From Candidatus Bathyarchaeota archaeon (GTDB taxonomy: Archaea; Thermoproteota; Bathyarchaeia; Bathyarchaeales; Bathycorpusculaceae): 64,000 nucleotides of DNA. Both the position numbers and the translations under genes were made by a program. Numbering within the stretch: the first letter of the stretch is position 1; the number at the start of each line of letters is the position of its first letter. Below, in pieces: positions 1 to 10,147 of the stretch. Below the pieces are notes generated by a model. The model did not search any database and was not told the DNA's origin. It saw only the letters and a program-made list of their open reading frames with translations. Location of the stretch: positions 96,001 to 160,000 of the forward strand of contig CAWDYC010000011.1 of assembly GCA_963806535.1 (NCBI GenBank), in the 5' to 3' direction.

Positions 1-275
1 TTTATTCCAACCAAGGTATCGCCGTTTGCTTGAAGAGTATGCCCTGCACCGTCGATTACAATATTGTTGGTTTGAACTAAAATGGTGCCGAAAATGTCAC
101 CGTTAAAGGTGTATGTGTTTCCGTTTCTTTCAAGCAAGTTTGTGTTTGGTTCAACACTTCCATCAGGCTTAATTGTGAGGTTAAGCGGTTCTTGTGCCTT
201 CACTTGTTGACTGACAGTTATGCATGATGATGTTAGGAAGAGAATAACAAACAGTAGAACGAAACCTTTACCCAT
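1..275 (-). CDS. Secreted protein N-terminus, NosD/right-handed beta-helix-like (partial, runs off window)
   Basis: Manual translation from ATG at 275: MGKGFVLLFVILFLTSSCITVSQQVKAQEPLNLTIKPDGSVEPNTNLLERNGNTYTFNGDIFGTILVQTNNIVIDGAGHTLQ; signal peptide plus IxxDGS...NIVIDGxG pattern typical of archaeal beta-helix proteins. Confidence 0.7.
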   Translation of the reverse strand, partial: MGKGFVLLFVILFLTSSCITVSQQVKAQEPLNLTIKPDGSVEPNTNLLERNGNTYTFNGDIFGTILVQTNNIVIDGAGHTLQANGDTLVGI

Positions 276-322
276 GTCACATCGAGTTCTACTTTGGAGT
301 TTTTCGTAATAAAAGGGTTCTC

Positions 323-378
323 GTCAAGCTTTCTTGACTAAAAGGTTTACTGAGGTTAGTCAAGGATTATTGACTAAC
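323..378. promoter_or_regulatory. Two GTCAA-N6-TTGAC palindromes, candidate operator
   Basis: GTCAAGCTTTCTTGAC (323-338) and GTTAGTCAAGGATTATTGACTAAC (355-378), 48-103 bp upstream of the ATG at 275. Confidence 0.5.
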
Positions 379-419
379 AATTTGTCAAATTATGCTAAAT
401 TGCCTATTCTTGGAAATTT

Positions 420-599
420 TTAAACTACATATTGGATTGGGAATACCTTAGCCCGTTTGGTTTCCTTAGGCTCTATTTGAGCATGGGCAAAAAGCCATTC
501 AGAAAGCTTTTGGCATTCGTCGGGGTTACAGGAGAATCTTCTTGCTTTTTGATCCCATTTTTGGCAGAAGGAGCAGGGAATTTCCGAATTATTGTCCAT
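420..599 (-). CDS. Small Cys-containing hypothetical protein (possible Zn-binding)
   Basis: MDNNSEIPCSFCQKW...CNPDECQKL; CxxC plus CxxxxC; ATG at 599 preferred over longer track start. Confidence 0.45.
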   Translation of the reverse strand: MDNNSEIPCSFCQKWDQKARRFSCNPDECQKLSEWLFAHAQIEPKETKRAKVFPIQYVV

Positions 600-961
600 T
601 GTAAACATAAATATGTTATTTGAAATTGATTTATCATTTATGAAGCAGAAATTAAGAGCATTATTCAAGATAAGTCTTAAATCCTCATAGCGGAAATAGA
701 TTATAGGCAGAGTCAATGATTAATGAAGAAATTAGGAATGAAATCCATGAAGCTGTTATTGAAATCCTTGAAGCTGTAGTAAGGTTTGCGGAAAAAACAA
801 AAATTGCTTTTAGAAAAATCACGACAAAGATTTAGTTAGGTTTTAGTTGAAAATTTACAGTTTTAGCGGTTTAGGGTTTTGCAGAACTTTTGCATAAGTA
901 TGGTTAAAATAGGTTAAAAACCCTCTAAACAATAATTAAATGGGTTCCAACGAGGGCTACT

Positions 962-1375
962 ATGTATCAGCGGTTACTACTTTATTCTGATGGTGGGGCA
1001 AGAGGAAATCCTGGACCTGCCGCTACCGCTTATTTAGCCTTAACAGAAAAAGGTGAAACAGTGAAAGCGGATTCACATTTTATAGGCGAACACACAAACA
1101 ACCAAGCAGAATATAATGCGTTAATAGCGGCATTGGAGTTTGCAGCAACCAACAAAGTTGAAGAAGTCATATGCCACCTTGACAGCGAACTAGTTGCAAA
1201 ACAACTCAAAGGTGAATACAGAGTAAAAAATCTTGAACTGCAAAAACTGTGGCGGCGGGCACAAGAATTGAAAAGGTGCTTTAAAAAAATAAGTTTTGTA
1301 AATGTTCCAAGAACCAATGTTTACATCCAAAAGGCAGATGCTCTTGTGAATAAAACCCTTGATGAATTATCTTAA
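962..1375 (+). CDS. rnhA: Ribonuclease HI family protein
   Basis: SDGGARGNPGPA, TNNQAEY, DSELV, ADALVN motifs. Confidence 0.9.
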   Translation: MYQRLLLYSDGGARGNPGPAATAYLALTEKGETVKADSHFIGEHTNNQAEYNALIAALEFAATNKVEEVICHLDSELVAKQLKGEYRVKNLELQKLWRRAQELKRCFKKISFVNVPRTNVYIQKADALVNKTLDELS

Positions 1376-1434
1376 AACAATTCTTACTAAAGTATTATAA
1401 CAAGGCTTGCTAACGTAAGCAATGGAAAAGTTGG

Positions 1435-1830
1435 GTGATGACTTTGTTTGTTCATACAAGTATTCGCACAAGCAACCTCGAGAGATCGATTGATTTTTAT
1501 TCAAGATTTTTTGGACTAAAAGTTCAGCGTAGAATGGAGATTAAGAAGAACAACGCTGAACTCGCTTTCCTTCAAGACCCAAAAGGCGAAGGTTGCACGC
1601 TTGAATTAACTTACCTGCGTGACCAAAAAAAGTTTACTCAGCCCGAATATGAAGAACGTTTGTTTGACCATTTAGCCTTCGAAGTTGCAGACATAAACAA
1701 AACCATTGCTGCCTTGCGAAAGGAAAACATCACACTTACAGATGAACCCTTTAACCTGAATTCTAAAACAACAATTGCTTTTATCGAGGACCCAGACGGA
1801 ACCCTGATTGAATTAATTGAGCGAAAATAA
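1435..1830 (+). CDS. VOC/glyoxalase family protein
   Basis: HTSIRTSNLERSIDFY, LELTY, HLAFEV, FIEDPDGTLIELIE. Confidence 0.9.
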   Translation: MMTLFVHTSIRTSNLERSIDFYSRFFGLKVQRRMEIKKNNAELAFLQDPKGEGCTLELTYLRDQKKFTQPEYEERLFDHLAFEVADINKTIAALRKENITLTDEPFNLNSKTTIAFIEDPDGTLIELIERK

Positions 1831-1860
1831 GCTCATCATTCGTTTTCTGAGTTGAACAGC

Positions 1861-2505
1861 TTAGAACAACAATAGAAAGAAACATTTCCAAGACGCAAAA
1901 GATATTCTCAAATTAGCCTTAATATTTCCGCCAATCCTAGGGTTGTTGCGTCTAGGCGGCGGCTCATAAGAAACCTCGCCGATTCTAAAATCATTCTTTT
2001 TGGCAATAACCAGCAGCTCTCCACCAAAGGTTTCTCCACCTTTCAAATCAAATTTTGTGACTAATTCTTTTTTGAAAGCCCTAAAATTCGAGTAGAAATC
2101 AGAGACGCCAACCATTTTACCCAACGTTTTGGCCGCCCACTGTTCTGAAAACCTGGGAACAATCGTTCGTGACGCGTTTACAACGTCGAATTCTTCAAGT
2201 TTCTTAACAAGTGCAGGAATTAATTGGGGGCTATTCTCCAAGTCGGAATCAATTGTTACTATGATTGGGAACTTGGCGTATTTCATTCCATAAAGTAAGC
2301 CTTTGGTTTGTCCTTCCCTGACTTTGCCAACCGCGATATCGGCGTATTGTTTTGCAATATTTAGAGTTCCATCGGTTGAGCTGTCATCAACAACGATTAT
2401 TTCATTAGGCAAATCCTTGAGTGTTGATCGGACTCTGAGAATTAGCTCTTTAATGTTTTCTTTTTCATTCCAAGTAGTTGTAACAACGGATATGCCTTGA
2501 ACCAT
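1861..2505 (-). CDS. GT2 glycosyltransferase (DPM1-like)
   Basis: SVVTTTWNEKENI, IIVVDDSSTDGT, IDSDLE (DxD). Confidence 0.85.
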   Translation of the reverse strand: MVQGISVVTTTWNEKENIKELILRVRSTLKDLPNEIIVVDDSSTDGTLNIAKQYADIAVGKVREGQTKGLLYGMKYAKFPIIVTIDSDLENSPQLIPALVKKLEEFDVVNASRTIVPRFSEQWAAKTLGKMVGVSDFYSNFRAFKKELVTKFDLKGGETFGGELLVIAKKNDFRIGEVSYEPPPRRNNPRIGGNIKANLRISFASWKCFFLLLF

Positions 2506-2722
2506 TTCACCGCAGACTCTTATCAATAGCCATACTAATCAAAGTTATAAGTTGCCTGCAGAAATTACCTGAAAAATGATTTAGAATTTTGGTTTTTCGG
2601 AGTTTCTTGAATTTTTACGTCGTATTTCCATCTATAAAAGACACGGAAACTTAAAATAATTGGAAGGACTGATGTGTTAACCGAATTCATAAAATTAGGT
2701 AAGATTAATAGAGGATGAAAAA

Positions 2723-4027
2723 ATGAGTAAATCAGACAAACCCCACTTAAACATTATAATCATGGGGCACGTTGACGCGGGAAAATCCACAACAACTGGC
2801 CACTTACTTTACTTAGCAGGCGCAATCGACGAGCGGACAATCAAAGCCTTTGAAGAAGAAGCCGAAAAAATGGGCAAAGGAACATTCAAATTCGCTTGGG
2901 TTCTCGACAACCTTAAGGAAGAACGGGAAAGAGGAGTTACCATTGACCTTCGATTCCTACAGTTCCAAACCAAAAAATACAATTTCACAGTCATCGATGC
3001 ACCAGGACACAGAGACTTCGTCAAAAACATGATCACAGGCGCAAGCCAAGCTGATGCAGCCGTACTCTTCGTCTCAGCCAAAAAAGGCGAGTTTGAAGCA
3101 GGCATCGGTGCAGGTGGTCAAACACGAGAGCACGCATTTTTAGCATTCACTTTAGGCATTCGCCAACTTATCGTTGCAGTAAACAAACAGGATGATATCT
3201 CTGTTAATTACAGCAAAGAAAGGTATGAAGAAATAAAGAATGAAGTTTCAAGAATGCTTCGAATGGTAGGTTTCAAAGTCGATAAAATCAACTTTATACC
3301 AGTTTCAGGATGGACAGGTGAAAACCTGCTCAAGAAAGCTGAAAAGTTACCATGGTACACCGGTCCAACCTTAATGGAAGGATTAGACCTACTAGAACTA
3401 CCACCTAAACCAACTAACAAGCCTCTTCGCGTACCAATCCAAGACGTTTACAGCATCACAGGAATCGGCACAGTTCCAGTCGGCAGAGTAGAAACAGGTC
3501 TACTTAAAGCAGGCCAAAACTTAATTTTCATGCCAAGCAACAAAACAGGCGAAGTTAAATCATTAGAAATGCACCATACAATGATTCCAGTAGCTGAACC
3601 AGGCGACAACATAGGCATGAACGTAAGAGGCATAGCAAAAACCGACGTTCACCGTGGAGACGTAGCAGGAACAGTCGACAACCCACCAACAGTAGCAAAA
3701 GAATTCATTGGCCAAATCATTGTAATTTACCACCCAACAGCAATCGCAGCCGGATACACACCAGTACTCCACTATCACACAGGACAAATCGCAGTCAGAT
3801 TCACAGAACTAATAAAGAAAATTGACCCACGCACAGGACAAGTAACCGAAGAACACCCAAGCTTCCTCAAAACTGGAGACGCTGCATGGGTACGAATGGA
3901 ACCATTACACCCAATCGCAGTTGAAGCTTACACAGACTTTCCAGAGCTAGGACGATTCGCGGTAAGAGACATGGGCACAACAGTGGCAGCAGGCGTTATC
4001 AAAGAAGTAACCAAAAAGGGACCATAA
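2723..4027 (+). CDS. tuf: Translation elongation factor EF-1 alpha
   Basis: [49 protein letters not shown]. Confidence 0.98.
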   Translation: MSKSDKPHLNIIIMGHVDAGKSTTTGHLLYLAGAIDERTIKAFEEEAEKMGKGTFKFAWVLDNLKEERERGVTIDLRFLQFQTKKYNFTVIDAPGHRDFVKNMITGASQADAAVLFVSAKKGEFEAGIGAGGQTREHAFLAFTLGIRQLIVAVNKQDDISVNYSKERYEEIKNEVSRMLRMVGFKVDKINFIPVSGWTGENLLKKAEKLPWYTGPTLMEGLDLLELPPKPTNKPLRVPIQDVYSITGIGTVPVGRVETGLLKAGQNLIFMPSNKTGEVKSLEMHHTMIPVAEPGDNIGMNVRGIAKTDVHRGDVAGTVDNPPTVAKEFIGQIIVIYHPTAIAAGYTPVLHYHTGQIAVRFTELIKKIDPRTGQVTEEHPSFLKTGDAAWVRMEPLHPIAVEAYTDFPELGRFAVRDMGTTVAAGVIKEVTKKGP

Positions 4028-4505
4028 ACCCTTTCCATTTTATTTTTGTTCAATTATTTTTTCGTATTAATTCTATAAAATGAATCGTTTCTGAAATACC
4101 TAATTAAATTCTTAGTCCATTAATTTAATAATGAATGACATTTGTTGTTGTGCCGTTACAATCACAACTACGTATATTCTATGTTTCCGAGTGAGCTACA
4201 TGAGGCGAGGGTTTATGGGTAATCAACATAAGAAATCCAGATTGCATAAGAACCTTTACGAAGCTGAAACAGAAAGTTTTCGCATAGAACCCGCGAATAT
4301 ATCATTAAAAGACATGCCTTTAGAAACGAGACGCAAAGAAGCAAACAAACCATTGTTCCTAGTAAGATATGAATAATTCAACGTAGAAGAACTTCATATA
4401 TCAACGTTTTTTATTTGAAACCCTGAAATAATAAAATAGCAAAAACGAGATTATTCCTCGGTAACTTTTGGCCATGGATAAACTAAAATACTTGATTGAT
4501 TCAAA

Positions 4506-5240
4506 ATGACCTTTGAGTTTCATATGTTTAGAAACACCAAATCTAAAGAAATCAGCGATTTCTATGCTTTACCGCTGAAAAAAAACGAAGTCGCAGTATT
4601 TTATTTAGGGGTTTCCGGCATTATCGCCAGAACAAATAATCAGGCGGTGCTAATTGACCCTGCGGGGCTCCTCAAAAAAGATGAGATATTAGCCCTTAAA
4701 AAAATCAATTTACTGTTATTTACACATGACCATTTCGACCATTTCAATGGCGGTGCAACTCAGGCTATTTTTAAAGCAACTGCAGCCTCTATATTGGCTG
4801 AATCCAAAGTAGCAAAAAAACTAAACGGAAAAATACCTCCTGAGAAACTCATAATTGCAGAAAACAAAAAAAACTACAACTTCGGCGACCTATCTGTAAC
4901 AGCTATTGAAGGAGTCCACCGTGGTCCAATAATGCTCTACCAAATAAGAATGGACAGAATCACCTTGTTTCATGGGGGCGACTCAGGATATGTGCCTCTC
5001 AAAGACTACCGTTCTGACATTGCGTTTGTTCCAACAGGAAGAATGTCGCCGACGGCCTCACCAGAAAACGCCTACAAGATGGTTGCTGACCTCAAATCAA
5101 CCACATCCGTAACTATGCATGGGTCAGAAAAACAGAAAAAGCAACTCCAGCAAAAAGTTAAAGAAAGCATGCCCCAAACTAAGGTTGTAATAATGCAGGC
5201 ATATACAATGGAAACTTTAAGCGTCAAAACTGAAGATTAG
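4506..5240 (+). CDS. MBL-fold metallo-hydrolase
   Basis: LIDP, THDHFDH, FHGGDSG, TMHG motifs. Confidence 0.85.
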   Translation: MTFEFHMFRNTKSKEISDFYALPLKKNEVAVFYLGVSGIIARTNNQAVLIDPAGLLKKDEILALKKINLLLFTHDHFDHFNGGATQAIFKATAASILAESKVAKKLNGKIPPEKLIIAENKKNYNFGDLSVTAIEGVHRGPIMLYQIRMDRITLFHGGDSGYVPLKDYRSDIAFVPTGRMSPTASPENAYKMVADLKSTTSVTMHGSEKQKKQLQQKVKESMPQTKVVIMQAYTMETLSVKTED

Positions 5241-5403
5241 AAATCTGAGCTAGCGCGATAGATGTTCTGATAAATATGTAGACGCGGAAATTCTTGATCA
5301 TTTTAGATAATGCCTGTTTTTAACCCATGGTCCTGCAAAATGATTTAAGAATCGAAAATAACATTAATTGCTTTTATATAACGGCAACTTGAGAGTTGAC
5401 TAC

Positions 5404-6129
5404 ATGTCTGGTACTGAAACGCTGGTTCCCTTCATGAATGATAAAAAGAAGAATGGTGAAGAACCAACCATAATAGTGGATAGTCGGGAAGCAAGCAGTG
5501 CAGAAAAAATTGTTAAGGGCCTAGTTGAACGGGGCGTCAAAATTAAGAGTATGCTACTTGAAAGAGGCGACTACATTCTTTCTGATGAATGTGCTGTTGA
5601 ACGCAAAACCGTTAGCGATTTTGTTTATACATTAACAAGGCGTTACCTTTTTGAACAGATTTTCGCTCTTAAAGATGCTTACCCCAAATCACTTGTCGTG
5701 CTTGAGGGCTACCTGCCAATCATTTACAAGTACAGTAACATTCAACCCAGCGCAGTTTGGGGAGCAATGTTTAACCTCGCTAAAAACGGCGTTTCCCTAG
5801 TTAACACTTCCTCCTACAAAGAAACAATAGATTTTCTTTACACAGCTGCTCGACAAGAGCAAATTGTTGAGAAAAGAAGTCCTATGGTTCATGCTTTTAA
5901 AAAATGCGAGACATTATCCGATTCTCAGATCTACTTTGTTGCGAGTTTGCCAAATATTGGAAGAGAAAAAGCCGTGGCCATTTTGGATGCTTATCAAACG
6001 CCGATGAATGCTTTAATTAATGTGGATGATTGGTCGAAGGCTGTGCATGGTCTTGGTCCCGTGATTACTAACAAAGTGAAAGAGGTTATTGCAACACCTT
6101 ACAAAGAGAAGCCTTGCGAAGACTCTTGA
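5404..6129 (+). CDS. xpf: ERCC4/XPF-family structure-specific endonuclease (short archaeal form)
   Basis: IIVDSRE, GDY, ERKTVSDF, C-terminal HhH (LPNIG, HGLG). Confidence 0.88.
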   Translation: MSGTETLVPFMNDKKKNGEEPTIIVDSREASSAEKIVKGLVERGVKIKSMLLERGDYILSDECAVERKTVSDFVYTLTRRYLFEQIFALKDAYPKSLVVLEGYLPIIYKYSNIQPSAVWGAMFNLAKNGVSLVNTSSYKETIDFLYTAARQEQIVEKRSPMVHAFKKCETLSDSQIYFVASLPNIGREKAVAILDAYQTPMNALINVDDWSKAVHGLGPVITNKVKEVIATPYKEKPCEDS

Positions 6130-6183
6130 GTCTAACTAAACAAGATTTAAATGCTAAATGACACAATATAGTACGCGGTTGAT

Positions 6184-6783
6184 ATGAATAAATTAAAGAT
6201 CGCGTTAACCCTGCTTACAGTTGCAATTATTGTTGGTCCTTTTGCATATGTACTGATTGCTTATCATGACAATTTGACTGGTCTAGTTGTGCCTCCTCAA
6301 TTTTCTAGTTTAACCCAAAGTATAGGTCAAAATTCTGGACAAAATCCATCATCTTCCTCATCTAACCCGATTAATATAACCGGATCTAATTTTCAAATCC
6401 CACAAGTGGTAGGCACACCGCAATACAATCCATCTACAGGAGACTTTAACGTAGCAATAAACGCAACAAACCCCTTGCCCAACGAAATTTCCGTGGACAA
6501 CTTATCTGTGGAAATCCAGTCAAAAGACGGCAGCGGCTTAATGGGCAACATTTCAATCCCTCAAGCAATCAATATTCAACCTGGAGAAAGTTCAATAATC
6601 AATGTTGAGGGCGTAATACCTCAACAATTGTATAATCAAATTAACGGTCAAAACACAGGCAACATAGACTTTAACAATATTTTGCTCAAAAACCTCGACG
6701 TTACGGTGGGTGGAGTTAAAGTCCATATTGATCAAGTTGATCCAGCAACTATTCAATCAGCATTAGGTGGATTACAGCCATGA
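6184..6783 (+). CDS. Membrane-anchored hypothetical protein (possible LEA2-like beta domain)
   Basis: N-terminal TM helix, Ser/Asn linker, beta-rich domain; ATGA overlap with next gene. Confidence 0.65.
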   Translation: MNKLKIALTLLTVAIIVGPFAYVLIAYHDNLTGLVVPPQFSSLTQSIGQNSGQNPSSSSSNPINITGSNFQIPQVVGTPQYNPSTGDFNVAINATNPLPNEISVDNLSVEIQSKDGSGLMGNISIPQAINIQPGESSIINVEGVIPQQLYNQINGQNTGNIDFNNILLKNLDVTVGGVKVHIDQVDPATIQSALGGLQP

Positions 6784-7382
6784 AAAAACGCATTAACTGG
6801 TTCGGACTTGCCGCAGGAATAATCACAATAATAGTTCTTGCCGTTTCCCTATTCGTTCCATGGTGGCAGTTGACGATTGGAGACAAGTTGATGCAGGTTA
6901 ATGCTTCACCTATGAACACAAATTTCGGTCTACTTGATCTTCATTTCACAGTACCCTTACTTTGGGCTTGGAACCTTGTTACCGTACTTATTTTCGTCTC
7001 CGCAGGCGTGGCAATGTTGTTTTACTCGATTTTCCCAACGAAATCTTATGCGAAAGAGATTCTTGGATTCGCGTACAAAAAACCACTATACATTCTGTTA
7101 TCATTCTTCCTTGGATTAATAGTAATGGTTTTCATAGCTGGCGCACTCGGTTTTAGCGTTCCAGTCGTTGGCACATCAAACATTGCAATACCATCAACTT
7201 TCATACCTACTGGTTTGAGCATAAGCGCTTTGGTTTCAGCTGGCTTTCAATTGCCATTCTATCTTGGCATAGCAGCCGCCGCTCTGAGTATCGCTGCCAG
7301 ATTATACCATGGAAGAATTGCGCAACCATCAACAGCTACTGCGAATGCTACCGTGCCGACAATAGCAACGATAAACAAATAA
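6780..7382 (+). CDS. Integral membrane hypothetical protein (~4 TM)
   Basis: Four hydrophobic segments; translationally coupled to upstream gene. Confidence 0.7.
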   Translation: MKKRINWFGLAAGIITIIVLAVSLFVPWWQLTIGDKLMQVNASPMNTNFGLLDLHFTVPLLWAWNLVTVLIFVSAGVAMLFYSIFPTKSYAKEILGFAYKKPLYILLSFFLGLIVMVFIAGALGFSVPVVGTSNIAIPSTFIPTGLSISALVSAGFQLPFYLGIAAAALSIAARLYHGRIAQPSTATANATVPTIATINK

Positions 7383-7490
7383 CGTCCCGAACAAACTTTA
7401 ATTTTTTTAAAGCTACATTTTAACCGTTAAAGTTTAAAGGTTAGCCAACATTATTTTATGAAGCCGCAAAAAGAGAAAAACAAATTTGAA

Positions 7491-7568
7491 GGGGCTGTCG
7501 GCTAGCTTGGTCCAGGCTTGTAGCCTCGGGCGTTATAGACGAGAGTTCAAATCTCTCCAGCCCCACCA
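7491..7568 (+). tRNA. tRNA-Pro(CGG), intronless, CCA encoded
   Basis: Acceptor GGGGCTG/CAGCCCC, D-loop AGCTTGGTCCA, anticodon arm GTAGC-CTCGGGC-GTTAT, T-arm GAGAG-TTCAAAT-CTCTC, ACCA end. Confidence 0.92.
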
Positions 7569-7605
7569 ATCCACTATCGTGACAAATAAACTAAACAAAG
7601 ATTCT

Positions 7606-9399
7606 TCATTTTGTGGAAACAAGAGAAAATGTATGGTTTAAATCAACGCAGAAATCTATGGGAGAGTCAAACTCGTTTTTCGATCGTTTAATTGGCAATA
7701 TAACGGTAAATGTCGTTCCCTTTCCCATTGTAGTTTCAACTGTAATTTTGCCTCCATGAGCCTCCACAATTCGCTTACATATTGCTAAGCTCATCCCCAT
7801 TCCCTTAGCCTTGGTAGTTACAAGAGGCGAAAAAATTTTAGACATAATGTTCGGAGGGATGCCTGTTCCAGAATCGGTAAATGATGTTTCTACGTTGGGT
7901 CCTTTCAGAACAGTTTCTATTTGGATGACTCCTTTTTCTAAAGTGGCATCTATAGCATTTTTTATTATGTGGGTAAATGTGTTTTCTATTCTGGGTACGT
8001 CAAGGAACATTGCGAAGTCTTCTGATGCATTATTTACTAAATTGATTCTTTCTGGAATCTTAATTTTGGACAACGCATGAATTACAAGAGATTTAGGCGT
8101 GCACTGTTCTGGCTCTAAATTAAGTTCGCTTGAATAATCTATTATGCTAGTTATAATTCTGTCCGCATCTTCAACAGCATTATCAATTGTCGCTAAAACC
8201 TGGTCTCTTTCCTTTTCTGTCATCCGGTCGCTTTTCTTTTTCATAATATACGCGCAGTTTTTGATGCCAGCTAATGGATTCCGAAGGTCATGTCCAATTT
8301 GCCCAGCCAGTTCACCAATTGAAGCAAGCCTTTCTGCTTTGACAAGCCTTTCTTCCATGGTTATGCGTTCTGTAATATCACGAATAACACATGCTAGTCC
8401 AATAGTTCTTCCTGTTCTGCTTTTTACAGTGGAACCTGAAAATAAAACATGTTTATTTTCTCCAGATTTTGTTACAAGCATTAATTCACGATTTCTTATT
8501 ATCCCCTTTTCTGCTAATTCAGTTAAGACATTTTCACAATTTATTTCTTCATTTTCGGCGCATAATGTCATGATTGATTGGCCAGTCAATTCCTCTGGTG
8601 AACAACCAATAAAATTGACTAGCCGTTCATTTACCCTGAGCATTTTAGTATTTATGTCAGCGAGAATAAGCGGATCTGGGATAGCTGAAAGAATATTTTC
8701 AGCTGCTAATGCAGCATCAAAAGTAAATAATTCAAATTTCAAAATAGCATATCCAACTAAACCGCTGAAAAACAATGTAGCGATAATTCCAAAATTAGGA
8801 ACTCCAATGTTAAACGATCGAGCCAACATGTTTGTTGTAATGAAAGTGGCTATAGGAATGGCAAAGCCAACCGTGACATATTTTCTCTGCTGTCTTTGCT
8901 CCGCGTCTTTTGCCTTAGCATAATACCTGAAACAGAAGAAAAAGGCTAAAATTGGCAATATTGCTGACCAAGCTGTCGAGACAATATAGACCCATGTTCC
9001 TGAAGCTGGGTCATTGTATCCCCAATACTGCAAAACGGGAGGACCATTTATTAGGTTGGTGAATAGGTCGATTATACAAAATGCCGCCGCAGGCAAATAC
9101 AAAACTAAATAATTTAACTTGTTTTTTAGCCATTTGCTCTCGGTAAAAACCAACGCAAAATTAAATGTTGCTGCGACAAAAAAAGGCCATACCATTCCTG
9201 CTTTATTCCATAAAGAAGCGGTTTCAAAGTTGCCAGCTGCCCACATCATAACCGTTGAGAATGAATACCAAAAAGTTGCGAGAACCGCCAAAAGAAACAT
9301 TCTGTTAAGAATAGATTTCCTATTGAAAGAATACACTATAATGCCTAAGCAAAGACACACTATACTTGAACAAAGAGAAAGCCAAATGAAAAGATTCAT
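7606..9399 (-). CDS. Sensor histidine kinase: 7TM N-terminus, PAS, HisKA, HATPase
   Basis: ~7 hydrophobic helices, PAS-like (DPLILAD...VNE...ELTG), H-box GHDLRNPL, NAIDA, DSGTGI, GMGMSL, HGGKI. Confidence 0.92.
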   Translation of the reverse strand: MNLFIWLSLCSSIVCLCLGIIVYSFNRKSILNRMFLLAVLATFWYSFSTVMMWAAGNFETASLWNKAGMVWPFFVAATFNFALVFTESKWLKNKLNYLVLYLPAAAFCIIDLFTNLINGPPVLQYWGYNDPASGTWVYIVSTAWSAILPILAFFFCFRYYAKAKDAEQRQQRKYVTVGFAIPIATFITTNMLARSFNIGVPNFGIIATLFFSGLVGYAILKFELFTFDAALAAENILSAIPDPLILADINTKMLRVNERLVNFIGCSPEELTGQSIMTLCAENEEINCENVLTELAEKGIIRNRELMLVTKSGENKHVLFSGSTVKSRTGRTIGLACVIRDITERITMEERLVKAERLASIGELAGQIGHDLRNPLAGIKNCAYIMKKKSDRMTEKERDQVLATIDNAVEDADRIITSIIDYSSELNLEPEQCTPKSLVIHALSKIKIPERINLVNNASEDFAMFLDVPRIENTFTHIIKNAIDATLEKGVIQIETVLKGPNVETSFTDSGTGIPPNIMSKIFSPLVTTKAKGMGMSLAICKRIVEAHGGKITVETTMGKGTTFTVILPIKRSKNEFDSPIDFCVDLNHTFSLVSTK

Positions 9400-9828
9400 A
9401 ATTGTTTATCCAATCGCCCATTTAGCTCCAAATATTTGGGCAAAATCCACATTGAACTTGATTTTGCCTTTCTTTGTTTTCATTTGACTTGTATACGTCT
9501 GATTGCTTATAAAAAAAATATGATTTTCTAATCTGTATTTCAGGTAACCTTTCAAAAAGTTTTGGGTATAACGATGTGTTATATGAACAGGTGATTTTGA
9601 ATGTTTTTCAGTTTATAATGTGCATGTGAATTTCAGCCATTGCTTAAAGCTTTAATGACTGATAGAGGAAAACGCTATGAACGTTTCAAGGCGTTCCTTT
9701 ATGCTTAATAAGATAAATCAGAAAAGGCAATAAAACTCAACTAGTGGTTGCTTAGGCTTAGCAACTTCTTACGGCAAAAAGTAATTAAGTCTGTGCCGAG
9801 TAACAGAAAAAGTTGGAGATAGTTTTGC

Positions 9829-10122
9829 GTGCTTAACCTGAATTCTGTTATTAAATCGTCCCCAAATGCATCGTCTTACATGCCTAAAAAACGAAGGGCA
9901 TCACTATATTTTTGGCTAGGCTTGACATGTGCTTTCGTCAGCTTTTTTGTAGTTCCAGAAATTTTCGGTTCAGTTGCTATAGTTCTTGGAGCTTATACGT
10001 GGAGGCTTGAAAGTGGCGAAAATAAAAACCGTGGACTTCTGCTTGTAATATTTGGGATTTTAACTATGCTTGTGGGAATTTATTATACATCCTTATTCGG
10101 CATATATAACATCCTTCCATGA
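9829..10122 (+). CDS. Small membrane protein
   Basis: Two to three TM segments; start uncertain (ATG MPKKRR alternative). Confidence 0.6.
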   Translation: MLNLNSVIKSSPNASSYMPKKRRASLYFWLGLTCAFVSFFVVPEIFGSVAIVLGAYTWRLESGENKNRGLLLVIFGILTMLVGIYYTSLFGIYNILP

Positions 10123-10147
10123 AAAAGCTTGCAAAGAAGTTTGATGG

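Noticed and set aside
4131-4376. Small ORF after EF-1alpha where rps10 often lies
   Set aside because: No S10 similarity and no supporting motif; cannot call
8144-8923. 259-aa plus-strand ORF and other antisense shadow ORFs in the track
   Set aside because: Fully overlap well-supported opposite-strand genes and show no motifs
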